Shown here: positions 37,901 through 51,779 of the stretch, one piece after another
Numbering within the stretch: the stretch's first letter is position 1
Layout: the number at the start of each line of letters is the position of its first letter
Source: Schmidtea polychroa
Lineage: Eukaryota
Direction: 5' to 3'
DNA length: 64,000 nucleotides
Assembly: GCA_044892525.1 (NCBI GenBank)
Contig: CM097885.1
Location: forward strand, 868,001-932,000
Notes under the pieces: model-generated
What the model was told of the DNA's origin: nothing
The model's input: the letters and a program-made list of their open reading frames with translations, nothing else
Database searches by the model: none
Made by a program: the position numbers and the translations under genes

Positions 37901-39284
37901 GCCGATGAGAACACCGAGTTACTTTATATAGATATTAATAATCTTTATGGTTGGGCCTTAAGTCAATCATTACCTTGTTGTGAATTTAGTTGGGTTCTTG
38001 ATGGATTTGATTTAATAATGGATGAATGTAGGAATTTAAATCTTGATTCTTTGTCTTATGGATACACTCTTGAAGTTGATCTTGTAATTCCTTCTGAGCT
38101 TCATGATAAGTTGGATGATTTCCCTGTAGCAGCTGAAAAAATGAAACCTGCTGGGTCTAAGGTTAAAAAAGTATTATTAACTCATCTTCCAAAATCTAAT
38201 TATGTGATTCATTGGAGATTATTAAAATTATATTTGGAACTTGGTGTTAAAGTAACACGTGTAAATAGGGGTGTAAGATTTAAGCAATCTCCAATTTTTA
38301 AAAAATATATAGATACAAATACAGAATTAAGGTCAAAAAGCATAAATAATTTAGATAAAAATTATTATAAATTGTTAAATAACAGTTTATACGGCAAAAC
38401 AGTTAAAAATTTAAAGAGAAGAATGAATCTTCGTCTTTGTACAACTGCCGGTAAATAAGTAACATATTCTTCAAAGCCGACTTTTAAAAAACTATTAAAA
38501 TAGATGATAATTTAATTGCGGCATTAGTGAATTCAGATTCTATATGTTTAGATAGACCAAGTTACATTGGTCAATCTGTACTTGATCTATCTAAACTTAG
38601 AATGTATGTATTACAATATATTATATTGAATATAAGGATCTAGAATCATTTCGCAATGAGTTTAATAATAAAATTAATATCGTTGCAGGTGATACAGATT
38701 CTTTTTTCCTCGAAGTCATTAACTGTAAACTTGAGGTTCTTTTACCTGCAATGATTCGAGATAATTTATTAGATACTTCCAATTACAATAGTTGTCATTC
38801 CTTATATAGTAAGAACTTTGATTCTGTCATTGGAAAGTTCAAAGACGAGAATAAAGGTCTTAAATATAAGGAATGGGTTTTTCTTAGACCTAAATTATAT
38901 AGCTTGTTGGGTGATGAGGAAACAAAAAAGGCTAAAGGTGTAACATTGAAAGGTAGTGACATAAAACATCAGTCATACCTGGATTGTTATAACACTAACC
39001 AGATTTTTTCGGTTCCTCAGACTAAAATAACAAGCAAAAATCATCAAATTTTTACAATTAAAAATACTAAAATAGCACTAACTAACAAAGATGACAAAAG
39101 GGTTTGGGTGGGAAAAAATACTAGTCTTGCATATAGGCATGTAAGATTAAGTGAATTAAATATTAGAGAAAATGTTGGAGAAATTGTTGGAGAAGATGAG
39201 GAAGAATTTATTGAAGATGTTGGAGAAGATTTTGGAGAAGATGATATCGATATCGATGACGTTATTTTGTCTGATGAGGACTAA
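37901..39284 (+). pseudogene. pPolB-B C-terminal half (motifs A, B, C and acidic tail), disrupted
   Basis: YIDINNLYG, KLLNNSLYGK, AGDTDSFF, DDKR; stop at 38456 and frameshifts. Confidence 0.9.
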
Positions 39285-39785
39285 TTTTATTAAATAAAAG
39301 TTTATATATATACATTTGTTATTTTTTTGGTAAATATTTGTTTTGTTATGTGTCTAGTTAATGTTTATATGTTTTGTTATGTGTCTAGTTATTTTTATGT
39401 GTTTAGTTAATTTTTTATGTGTTGTATAGTATTTGTTATTGTTGTATAGTATATAGTTATTTGTGCCCATTCATTACTTTAATTTAAAATTTTGGACCTT
39501 GATTTACTTTATTTTAATTTTTTAGAACCATTATTTACTTTAATTTAAAAATTTGAATCTTACTTTACTTAGTTGAGCCCTTAATTAACTTTAATTTTAA
39601 ATTTTGAACCATTATTTACTTTAATTTAAAAATTTGAACCTTAATTTAGTTATTTGAGCCTATTCATTACTTTAATTCAAAAATCTTAGCCCATAATTTA
39701 CTTTAATTCAAAAAAATCTGAACCTTGATTTACTTAAATTTAATTTTTTAGACCCATAATTTGCTTTATTTTAAAAATATACTAT
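39285..39785 (+). repeat. Right-end arm and array of subfamily B
   Basis: Same 3' flank and ~29-bp units as 21900-22430. Confidence 0.75.
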
Positions 39786-40109
39786 GCGTTTTTAATGTAA
39801 ACCACCTTTTCTATTGAAATTCTCATGACCAAGGAGACCCCCTCACTGTAGTCTGAAAAATCCATGCTTTTTTATTGAAGACTACCTTTTTCTATTGAAA
39901 TTCTCAGGACCAAGGAGACCCACCCAAATAATATTTATACTTGGCTTGTTTATTGAAAAAAAAATTTTTTGTATTTAAAATCCCAGAAAAAATACATTGG
40001 AGCGTACGGCAACAATTATGTATTCAAAAAATGTCTACGGCAAAAATTATGCAATCAAAAGTTTGCAACATTTTTACCCCCCCCCTATTTCTCCCGCGGG
40101 CCCCTAACT

Positions 40110-40900
40110 ACCTATTCGCGCATCAGAAAAGATGCAATCCAGCAGAGTATTGTTTTCAAGACAACCATCTACTGGTTTCAATCCCTTCTGTGCATTCGAA
40201 TCCCAACGGCAACTACTTACTTTTGCCACTAAGATCTTATTAAGTGTCCTAGTTAACACTGAGTTAACGGGAAAAAAATAAAAATCACCTGAATTTTTAG
40301 GGGTTTCTACTTTTAGGATTAATGAGGTTCGTGCTGTCTTTTAAGGTCATGAAATATGTCTGGAAATGGGCGTGGGGCTTGTGGGTTCTCCATCGCCTGC
40401 TCCAGGCCCATCTCCTTCATCCTGTCTTCTAACTCTTTAAAAACTGCTTTATATTTTTTTATTATCTAGGTGCTTGCGAATAGATTCCTTTGAAAGTTCC
40501 AACATCCAAGGTGAAGTATTTCTAGAAGGTGAGAGGAAGACTGTAACGATTTTTAAGGTGAAGTGGAGCCATGAAGAGCTCTTCTTCATTACTTTAGTAA
40601 TAAGCAAGATTTTTTGTATAGTTTCCTCAAGATAGTCTCAATACGTAAGGTGCGATGGGCTTTAGATATATGGACTCCACGTCCCCTCAGCGTTAAGAAA
40701 GGTAAAAAGCAATATTCACAGACAAACTACTGTTCCACATCCCTCTCCAGTTTTGTAGTGTTGTTATTTCCTGTCATTTCATATTTATTTTGTTCGTGGA
40801 AGTTCATTCGTGTTGGATATCCTCCAACATGATACCCAACTGGCCAACAAGTAAAAATAGTAAAAGGGGACCTCACGAATGAAGTGGTGTGGGGAATAAA
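40110..40900 (-). pseudogene. R2/NeSL-like RT fragment
   Basis: NAQKGLKPVDGCLENNTLLDCIFSDAR. Confidence 0.7.
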
Positions 40901-41269
40901 GAACAAAATGCGACGAGGGCTAATATATCAATAGTAAACTTTAGTAGTCAAATAAAAAAAATTTAAATTTAAACTTTTAGTTCATAAAACTTCATATCTT
41001 AAAAAAAAACAAAAACAAAAAATATTTTTTAAAACTTTAAAAATTAAAACTGTACTGTCATTCTTGTCATCGCGGGATTGATGACATTTTATAAGCATAT
41101 AATAATAATAGTAATGATAATAATAATAATAATTATAATAATATTAGTAATAATAATAATAATATTAGTAATAATAGTATTAATAATATTTCAACTAAAT
41201 ACTAGGCAACACACAAAATTTAACTAGAACAAAAGTAAAGATAAAAAATTTATTCAATAATATTCTTCA

Positions 41270-43030
41270 TGATCTGTTAATATGACCTCTTCTATAATCA
41301 TCGGTTTCTACATCAATTTCTATTTGTTCATTTTCTCCATCGGTTTCTCCATAATTAACCTTATATAATCTTACATGTCCATATGCAAAACTAGTATTTT
41401 TCCCCACCAAAACCGTTTTATCATCTGCATTTGTAAGAGCTATTTTTTTATTTTTTATTGTATATATTTGATGATTTTTTGATGTTATCCTTAATTGTGG
41501 TATTGAAAAAATTTGTTTTGTATTGTAAAAATGTAGATATCACTGATGTTTTAAGTCATTACCTTTCAATGTTACTCCTTTTGCTTTTTAATTTCATCTT
41601 CACCTAACAAACTATAATATTATGGCATAAGAAAACCACATTCTTTATATTTAAGACCTTTATTCATATCTTTGAATTTTCAAATGACAGAATCAAGGTT
41701 CTTACTGTATAAGGGATGATTTGGGTTATAATTTCAAGTGTCTGGAAGGTTATCCCTAATCATCATACATTATTTAATAGTAAATTGTTCCTATAATAAT
41801 CAAAACTATTCATAAAATTGTTGTTGCTAAATCTTATTCAAATTTTACTTATAGGTTTCCTACCCATTTTTAATAATAAATGTAAGGTTAAATCCTCTAC
41901 AGCAACTAACAGTATTACAAAATTACAAACTAAAATTTAATAAAACTTTTTAATAAATTTAATAAATTAAAACTTTGATTAGCATGCATCCAATCAAAAT
42001 TTAATAAATGAAAGTATTTAATTATCTAAATTTAAAAAATGTCTAATAAAAATAGCACTAATATAAATAGAAAATAGTACATCTGTTATTGGAATGACAT
42101 GTAAACCTCCTGTTCATTACCTTCAATATAATATGTAATATTCGAAATATGCTATTGCTTATTCTTTTAAGGTATTTATTTTTAATTATCTCTATTGATT
42201 TTTGGTTGGAACAAGTTAATTTAAAAGCCTAATCAAAAGTCTATCAATATTGCAATGTTCAACAATGTCCTTGAATAAATTTACTGTATAAGGAATGATT
42301 TGGGTCATAATTTGAAGTGTCTAGTAGGTTATCTCTAATCATCACAGGTGAAAGAATATCAAGAGAAAAAATTTTAATTTCCAAGATTAATTGATATCAA
42401 TGTCCCCCAGCAACGATATTAATTATATTACAATATATTTTTGTAACTCTTCATGATGCAGCTGATATATTCTAAGTATCGATAGATCAAGTGCAGATTG
42501 TCCAATGTAACTTGGTCTATTTAAACATATAGAATCAGGATTTAACAATGCTGCTATTAAATTATCATCGATTTTTATTGATTTTTAAATGTAGGTTTTG
42601 ATGTACACGAGACTATAAAACTTCTTCCGCTTAACCTACTTATTTAATTATTTCAGTGATAGTGAAATGAATTTCTGTTATTTTATTAATTAACAAGCTA
42701 CTTCCTTGTGATTTTTTAATACTTGTGATTTATACTTGTTATTTGTGAAATTCTTTTTTAGATTTTTTCATTTTTTCATTTTATTCCCTAATTTCTTCAT
42801 CGAAAAATGTATCAGTTAAAGGTTTTGCATTATTATACGTAACCTTATTCGTTAATGATATAATAATTTATCTATTAGTGATTCAGGAAATATTATTTCT
42901 TTAATATTTAAGTCACTAGTGTTAATACTTAATATTTGGTGGTAACTCTTAAATCACTTAGAACAATTGGTAAATTTTCTCCTATTTGTATATTATTTAA
43001 TAGTAAATTGTTCCTATAATAATCAAAGTT
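41270..43030 (-). pseudogene. Scrambled fragments of a further pPolB subfamily (D)
   Basis: KNKKIALTNADDKTVLVGKNTSFAYGHVRL; CLNRPSYIGQSALDLS; IVAGD; KEIIFPES. Internal duplication 41770-42250 vs 42990-43380. Confidence 0.8.
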
Positions 43031-44920
43031 ATTCATCAAATTGTTGTTGCTCAATATTAGTCAAATTTTTAAAATTTTATAAAAAATTACAATCTAAAAT
43101 TTAATAAAAACTTTTAGTAAATTTATTAAATTAAAACTTTAATTAGCATGCATCCAATCAAAATGAAAATATTTAATTATCTAAATTTAAAAAATGTCTA
43201 ATATAAATAGAAAATAGTATATCTGTTATTGGTATGACATGTTAACCTCCTGTTCATTACCTTCAATATAATATGTAATATTTGAAATATCCTATTACTT
43301 ATTATTTTAAGGTATTTATATTTCATTATCTATATTATTGATTTTTGGTAGGAACAAGTTAATTTAAAAGTCTATCAATTCAGTATTCAAATTGATATTA
43401 TTTGGGATGAAAATAGAAAATATCTTGGAGAAATTCTTCGATTAATTAATAAAGACAAGTATTTTAACTAAAAACTTTCATTTATCAACTGCGAAAAAGA
43501 TTGTAAAATTAAGATAGTTGAAGGTAAAAAATCTAAAATTCAGATACTTATTCAAGGACTCAAGATAAATGGAGTTATAAATAAACCAATTTGGAAAATT
43601 AAAAATGTCTATGAATAAATTTATGAATAAAATTTGAGTTTTTTATTGTTATTTAAAATATATTTTAAAGAAATCTATAATTTGGTTTATAAAATTATTA
43701 GTTGTCTGTAAAGTTAATATTTGACTATAAAATTAAGATTTTTAATTTGTCTATAAAAGTTTAATGTGGACAATATATAATTAAAATACTCTAAAATTAT
43801 CATAATAATTAATAAAATGGAATAAAAAAAATTTTGCATAGGATATGCTCTTATAAAAAATTTTATCAATTCAAAAATATATGTAGCATAAGATAAATCA
43901 TTTAAAAAAATTTAAATAAATTATAATATATAAAAAAATCCAATTAAAATATTTATAATTCAAAAATATATAGCATAAAATAAATCATTTAAAAAAAATG
44001 AATTAAAATTCAAAAAAATATATACATTTGTTTTCATCTTTTTCTTTCTTGTTTTTCTTGTGTTCATTTTTTTCATGAAAATTTTCTGTCAAAGTTTCAT
44101 GAATATTTTAAGCTATATTTATCTAAAAAAAATTTTAAATTTAATTCTTTAACAAAAAGATTATATATTTACCATCGTTATGAAAGAGCTTTATTTCGCC
44201 AAAAATCCAGAACATATGAAAAATTAATGAATAAACAACAATAAAATACAAGGTACATGATATAAATCTTTATTTATAGTAAACGACAACGTCTAACTAA
44301 ATGATCATAAGCAGATAAGCACGGAATACAGTTAAAGTAGTCGAATTCGTGGATTCGATAATGGTTCGACTTCCCAGAAACTACTACTATTCGCATCGGC
44401 AAAGAGAGTGTCCAGAAACCCTTTCTCCCAGCGTGTTCCTGCCACTGGGATTACCCGATATTTGCTAGACTTTTCATAGAGTTGCATAGGTTTCACGAAA
44501 GTATAGCATGAAGTGTACCACAGCGATGAATAGGGTTGTATAGTTTTTATTTAAAAAATAGATTAAATGAATGAAATTGAAAGGAAATGAAAAGTTTAAT
44601 TAAAAAGGAAATTAAACAAAAACTAAGGTTGGTGGATTTTAAAGATGAAGCAAATCAAGTATGGAGAAAAGTATTATGTAGTGTCCACATAATAATAATC
44701 AAGTTTTTTTTACATTTATTAAATGGAAGAGTCGTTTGGATTTGCAGTAAAATATAATAACGTTGACCCAAACATATTGATAAAAACAGCCGAACTTAAA
44801 AACCTAAATGAATTTCAACAAGTAAAAACTGCATCTCCTAATAGGAATATGTACAAGCACCCTTAAAAGACTTAAATTAGATCCTAATTGTTCTAGTTTT
44901 TATAGATATGACATTCCATT

Positions 44921-45520
44921 AGAATAGTATATAGTGAGGACTCCAGTGCACTTTCAAGGTCATGGAATATCAAGATCAAATATAGACCAATCGAATCATT
45001 TATTTTTTAAATTAACATTTTATTTAATTACTTCTTTTTAAATTTTTTCTTTTTAATTTTATTAATTAATTATTTTATTATGTTTTTATTTAATTTATTA
45101 CATTTAATTAAATTATTAGTTTATTAATATTTTATTTTAATTACTTACGCTATTTAATTATTATTATTATTATTATTTTTAAATAATTTATTTATTTTTT
45201 AATTTAAATTTTATTTAATTACTTCTATTTAATTTTTTTTCTTTTAAATTTTCTTAATTAATTATTTTATTATGTTTTTATTTTAGTATTATTTAATTTA
45301 TTTATTTATTATTATTATTATTATTTTTTTTTAATTATACATTTACATTATATTCTAACAAGAGGTAAATTATAACAATAATATTTCAATTTCTAATTAA
45401 AATTTTATTCAAATTGAATAATTACTAATTAAAATTTTATTCAAATTAAAATATTATTGTTATAATTTAACTTTTGTTAGAATATAATGTAAATGTAAAA
45501 TTTAAAAAAAATAATAATTT
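44921..45520 (+). repeat. Polinton-like TIR (left orientation)
   Basis: TAGTATATAGTGAGGACTCCAGTGCACTTTCAAGGTCAT. Confidence 0.75.
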
Positions 45521-45529
45521 TAAAAAATA

Positions 45530-46150
45530 AAAGGTCAAGGTCAAGGTCAATGTCAAGGTCAAGGTCAAGGTCATTTTTTTTAAATAAGTGATCCTGAGGG
45601 CCCATACTTTTTTTCATCCCAAAGATTTATGTTCCCGCCAACAGATTTTATTGATCGATAGCTCATCGTAAAGCCCAGTGCAAGACCTTTAAGTTGAATT
45701 AAAGATTCCTATCATCCGATGACTCATCATATTTTTAGAACAAAGACAATGACTCATTAAGGTAATTCTATTTTTAGTAATAAAGACATCCATTTTTAGT
45801 AACATTTGAATCTATTTTTAGTAACATTTTTGAACAAAGACAATGATTTAACCGAGGACTCATCGTTTTTAGAACAATGAATCAGCCGGTGACTAATCAG
45901 ATTTTAAGAACGATGACTCATTCGATGACTCATCAAAATTTTAGAACAAAGACAAAGGCTCACCCAATGACTCATCACATTTTTAGAACGATGACTCTTC
46001 ATAGTTTTAGAACGATGATTCATACGGTGACTCATCATATTTTAAGAACAAATATAATGACTCATCATTATTTTAGAACGGTTACTCATTCGATGACACG
46101 TCAAGGTCATTCTATTTTAAGTAACAAAAACATCTATTTTTAGTAACATT
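45530..46150 (+). promoter_or_regulatory. Array of AAGGTC hexamers followed by TGACTCA-containing degenerate repeats
   Basis: (AAGGTC)n at 45531-45573; about seven exact TGACTCA in 45720-46065. A regulatory role is inferred only. Confidence 0.45.
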
Positions 46151-46269
46151 TCGATCCGATGTTTAATTATCGATAATAATTTAATTTATTATTATTATTT
46201 GGAAAGATATTAACCCCCGCGTGGAAGATGTTATTTTCAAAATTATTATTATTATTTTCAAAGTTCTAT

Positions 46270-46271
<2 letters not shown>

Positions 46272-46346
<75 letters not shown>

Positions 46347-46835
46347 TGCAATTATTCATAAAACTTAATTTCTACATCAATTTCATGATTTTCAACATTT
46401 TCATCATTTGCATGAATATTTTAATAATTTTCAATATTTTTCAATATTTATTTACTATTATTATTATTTTAAATTATTATTTTTACAGTTATTTTGAAAG
46501 TTTTTCATCTTATTATTATTATTATTTTCAAAGTTATTTTCAAAGAATTATTATTATTATTTGCAAAGTTCTAATTATTATTTTTTTTAGAAGTTTCATT
46601 ATTATTATTTACTTACATATTCATAAAACTTAATTTCTACGTCAATTTCATGATTCTCAACTATTTCATCATTTGCATTTTTTAATAATTATCAATATTT
46701 TCATAATTTTCTACATTTTCAATATTTTCACGATTTTCATGATTTTCAACATTTTCATGATTATTTCAGGAACTTTTTCATCAAATATTGTTCAAAGTAT
46801 TATTTTCAAAGAATTATTTTCAAAGTTTTAATCAA

Positions 46836-46872
<37 letters not shown>

Positions 46873-46919
46873 GAAAAACCTAAAATATTTTTTACAGATA
46901 CATACACAAATCATTAAAC

Positions 46920-46976
<57 letters not shown>
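46272..46976. repeat. (TTA)n microsatellites and low-complexity DNA
   Basis: Direct inspection; also at 19406-19470 and 50083-50151. Confidence 0.9.
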
Positions 46977-49831
46977 GCAAATAATAGTCAAAAACATAAA
47001 ATATTTTTACACACACACAACCCATTAACAGTTATTATTATCAATATTAGTGAAAACCTAAAATAATTTTTACACACTAAGTTATGGGGTAGAGAATTAT
47101 TATATGTTTGCAGTATTCTGTGTTTTCCTTTACAAGAAATTACATTACAAAATACATGCGTCATTGGCACTATGACCAAATTAATTAATGTTTTCACTAA
47201 CAACAATATATATTTACAGAGGCCTCCCACTAGTTGGATTACAACCGCCCATCACGACGATCAGCTTCTAAATATATATTAATTAAAGGATAAAGAGCAC
47301 CCACCCAACCCTATTATATTTAATTTACAAAGGGTTTCTCGCTCTTCTGCTGGTAATCTATCTCAAAATTATTATCTCCATCGGGGCATTTGATATTGAT
47401 TTCATGGAATACATCTCGCAAATTGGACGTATTTCATAGTTTCTGATGCTGCGTCAACTTTCATTGCTAACATTTGTATTGCTTTAAAAGCAATTAATTT
47501 ACATTATCTAACATTTTATCGTCACAGGCTTGATAAATTAGGCAACTGTTATTTGTGGTATACTTTATCAATATAATTTCTTATCAATTCCCACCATAAA
47601 ACACAGATACCTAAATATAATATATATATATATATATATTTATGAATTAATTCATGTCTTACATTAATATTAATATTCTTCAGGAATGACGAGTACTTTA
47701 CTTAATTGCTAAAACGTCGATTTTTCCCATTTTTCTTGACCTTTGTTGAAAGAAAGTTTACATAATTTAAGTCTGATAAGTAAACATTCATGTTGAAGGA
47801 CACCCACAATCAGCTAATTTATTTAAAAAATCCAGAACATAACTCCTTTAGTGTTTCACTATTTTTTCTGGTTCATCTTCTTCATAATCATATAAATCAT
47901 TTTCTTCATTACTAAGTAAAATAATTAAAATATTGTAGTAAATTCTTTATTTACTTACTTTATGGATACTAAAACGAAAGAAATAAAGTTATATCAAAAG
48001 TATATTTAAATAATTTAAATTTAAATAATTTAAATTTAGTTATTTAAATATATTTAAACAATTTAGTTATTTAAGCATATTTAAACATTAATATTATTAT
48101 ATAGTATAATTTTATATAATTTTATATATTCTAAATTTAATAAATAAAATTAATTAATTATAATTAATTAATAATTTAATAATAAAAAATTTATAATGAA
48201 GATTCTTTGAATTAAAAAATATTCTGTTAGTATTTCCAGGCAGAAAAAAACGAATTCAATAATTAAAATCTTAATTTTCAAGTTATATATTTAGGGTTGT
48301 GGCCAGAAGTTAATCGCCATCTAATCATTTGTTTTCAATTTCGCTCATTTTTGTTCAAAACATTCAGGTGAGTTGTTATCTGAAAAGTTTCTTTGAGCTC
48401 AGTTTTGTTAAAACACTCACTGTATTTTTGAGGGACGTGACACTGGAAATAAATTAACAATGAGTGGTCATCCATACATTTTGTTGGTCTGAGCTATCGA
48501 TTTATTTTAGAAATAGGTATATTAAAAACATTTAAGGTATCATTCAGTAAAATAATATAGTATTTTTTAGTTAATTTATAAATAACAGTATTTTGATATA
48601 TTAATAAAGACCATATACTCCGAGTTTATCCGACAAAATATTCTGTCCCCCTATGGGTATTGCTAGCAAGGGTACTGGTCACATTCAACATGTCGCAAGA
48701 GTATATTAATCAGTTAGAAATTCTTAGGTAATTTAGTGAGATGATCACAAATTCGTGAATATTTTAAATGTAACTTTACACTTATGTCAAGCGACTAATT
48801 TATTGGTTAACTTTGTAGTCATTTAAAGCAAAACTTAATTTATTCATCTAATGTTCGTTACAATAGTTAATAATATGAGAAAAATATGGTCATTATTCAT
48901 TGATAATTTTAAATTCTTTATCATTTGTAGTAAATTTGATTGAGGCAAAAATAATTAAAGGAGTCATAATAGAAATATGGTTAGAAATAGAAATAATTTT
49001 AGACCTTAATTTACTTAATTGAAATTTTAGACCTTAATATACTTAAGTTTAAAAATATATACCATAATTTACTGTAATTGAAAAATTTGGACCATAATTT
49101 ACTGTAATTTAATTTTTTAGAACCATAATTTACTGTAATTGAAAAATTCGAGCGACTAATTTATTGGTTAACTTTGCAGTCATTTAAAGCAAAACTTAAT
49201 TTATTCATCTAATGTTCGTTACAATAGTTAATAATATGAGAAAAATATGGTCATTATTCATTGATAATTTTAAATTCTTTATCATTTGGAGTAAATTTGT
49301 TTGAGGCAAAAATAATTAAAGGAGTCATAATAGAAATATGGTTATCATTTAACCAATTAAGGGGCTTATTAGTTAGAAATATATATATTATAAAGTAACA
49401 ATAATTTTCTAATTTATTTAGATGATCATTAGACGTAATATATCTTTGCGAGAAATTTAAAATGTTTGAGTAACCAAAACATGGATATTTTGTGCGATAA
49501 ATTTATGAATATTGGTTAATTTTGTTATTTTTAGTCATTTAAAATAATATTTAGCAAAGGTAATTTAGCAAAATATCGTTGTAAGATTTATCCACCCGAT
49601 AACAATATTCCTTCAATAGATTAACTGATATTCAACCTATTTAATTTCTGGAAATATAATTAAAATCATAAATTTCCTTCAATAAAGTTAAATCAAAAAC
49701 GCAAGAGACGCTCAAGCAAATCAAGAATTAAAAAATAAACACATTGCAGAAACAGAATTTATATAAAGTCAAACCCTGACTCCTCCAACAGATTCAAGTC
49801 TAAATAAAATTCAATCAAAAGCAATAACACT

Positions 49832-50083
49832 AGTAAGTAGGACTCCAACCCACTTTCAAGGTCATGAAATATGTCCAGATAAAATATAGGTCAATTGAAT
49901 CATTTATTTTTAAATTAACATTTTATTTATTTACTTCTTTTTAATTTTTTCTTTTTAATTATATTAATTAATTATTTTATTTTGTTTTATTTTAATTACT
50001 TACTTTAGTTAATTTTTAATTTATTACATTAATTAATTTCTTAGTTTATTAATATTTTATTTTATTTACTTACGCCATTTAAA

Positions 50084-50153
<70 letters not shown>

Positions 50154-51779
50154 TATTTTATTTATTTCTTTATTTTTTCTTAAATTTTACATTTACATTA
50201 TATTCTAAAAAGAGAGTTAATTATAACAATAATATTTCAATTTGTATAAAATTTTAATTAGTAATTATTTAATTTATTATAAAATAAAACGCTGTGTTAA
50301 TTTTTAATAAACTGGATATTAATTTTTTGGAAAAAATAAATAAATAAAATAGTCTAAAAGGTTAAATTATGGTCTAAAATTTAAAATTTAAAAATTGAAA
50401 ATTGAAAATTAAAAACTAAACTAATCAAACTAAATCAAACGCTATAACCTTAATTCAAGAATTCACTAAAGTAGATCAGAAGATATTAATTATCAAAATG
50501 TAACAAAGACTCTGAAATTCATCAATTTCATCTAATGACCTGGTGATATTCAATACCATTCTCAAGAATGCTAAAGTCGGGAATTCTTTGAATTTAACAA
50601 TTTCATCTAACTATCCGGCGTAATTCGATCCGATTCTAAAAAGTATTTATCTTTGTAGTTGAATAAAAGTTTATTGTTGATTATAGTTTATCATTAATTA
50701 TTTTTTTTGTTAGGGGTGTTAAAGAAAATACTTGACTGATTCATTTTTCTCAGATAAAATTTGTTCTGTAATCGGGAAATTCAAGGATGAGAATAAAGGA
50801 AATCATTATAAAGAATGGGTGTTTCTTCGTCCCAAGTGCTACTCACTCCAAGGCGATAAAACACTCTAAAAGCCAAAGGAATAAGACTTACAAATTCTAA
50901 TATCACCCATGAAGCTTATAAAAAAAGTGTATACTGATGGTGGAACAGTGAGCATCCCATTAAAAAAGAATAGGAAGTGTCAATCATCAGTTGTATACTT
51001 TCATGACAGAAAAACGAGCTCTCCAATGTTTGGACGATAAAAGGCATTGGTACAATTGTAATGAAAGCTATGCCTACGGTCACTATAAGATTCGTCACAT
51101 GCATATTGCAACTTCTATGTCTAGAAATGAATGCAAATCGAAACAAGCACTTTAACAATTAAATTTATGTGAATAATAAAATATATATTGTGAATTATTT
51201 GACTTCGTTAATTAAAATATGTTTTATCATTTAATAATTCATTTGTCCAAATAATTTAGATAATTAGTTTTAAGTAAGAATTATTATTTATCATGAAAAA
51301 CTTTGCTTTGTTTTGAAAAATTAATGCCCATTTTATTTTAAATTAACACAGCTTTATTTTATGATAATTACTAATTAAAATTTTATTCAAATTGAAATAT
51401 TATTGTTACAATTTACACTCTTGTTAGAATATATTAAATGTAAATGTAAAATAATAACAATAAAAAAAACATAATAATAATAATAAATAAATAAAAATTA
51501 AATTAAAAAAAAAATTAATTAAATAACGTAAGTAATTAAAATAAAATATTAATAAATAATTAATTAATTAAATGTAATAAATTGAAAATTAACTAAAGTA
51601 ATTAATTAAAACAAAAAACATAATAAAATAATTAATTAATAAATTTAAAAAAAAAATTTAATAGTAGTAATTAAATAAATTTAAAAAAAAAATAAATAGA
51701 AATGATTCTATTGACCTATATTTGACCTGGACATTGGGATGACCTTGAAAGTGTCCTGGAGTCCTCACTATATACTACT
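49832..51779 (+). mobile_element. Mini element: left TIR, filler, pPolB-C 3' fragment, right TIR
   Basis: Inverted TIR pair; pPolB fragment at 50750-51154; no TSD seen. Confidence 0.55.

Noticed and set aside
44330..44470. B-box-like GGTTCGACT and a hairpin followed by CTAG (Helitron-end-like)
   Set aside because: No clear A box, cloverleaf or Rep/helicase support.
45877..46633. ORFs 45877-46143 and 46346-46633
   Set aside because: By-products of the TGACTCA repeats and TTA low-complexity sequence.
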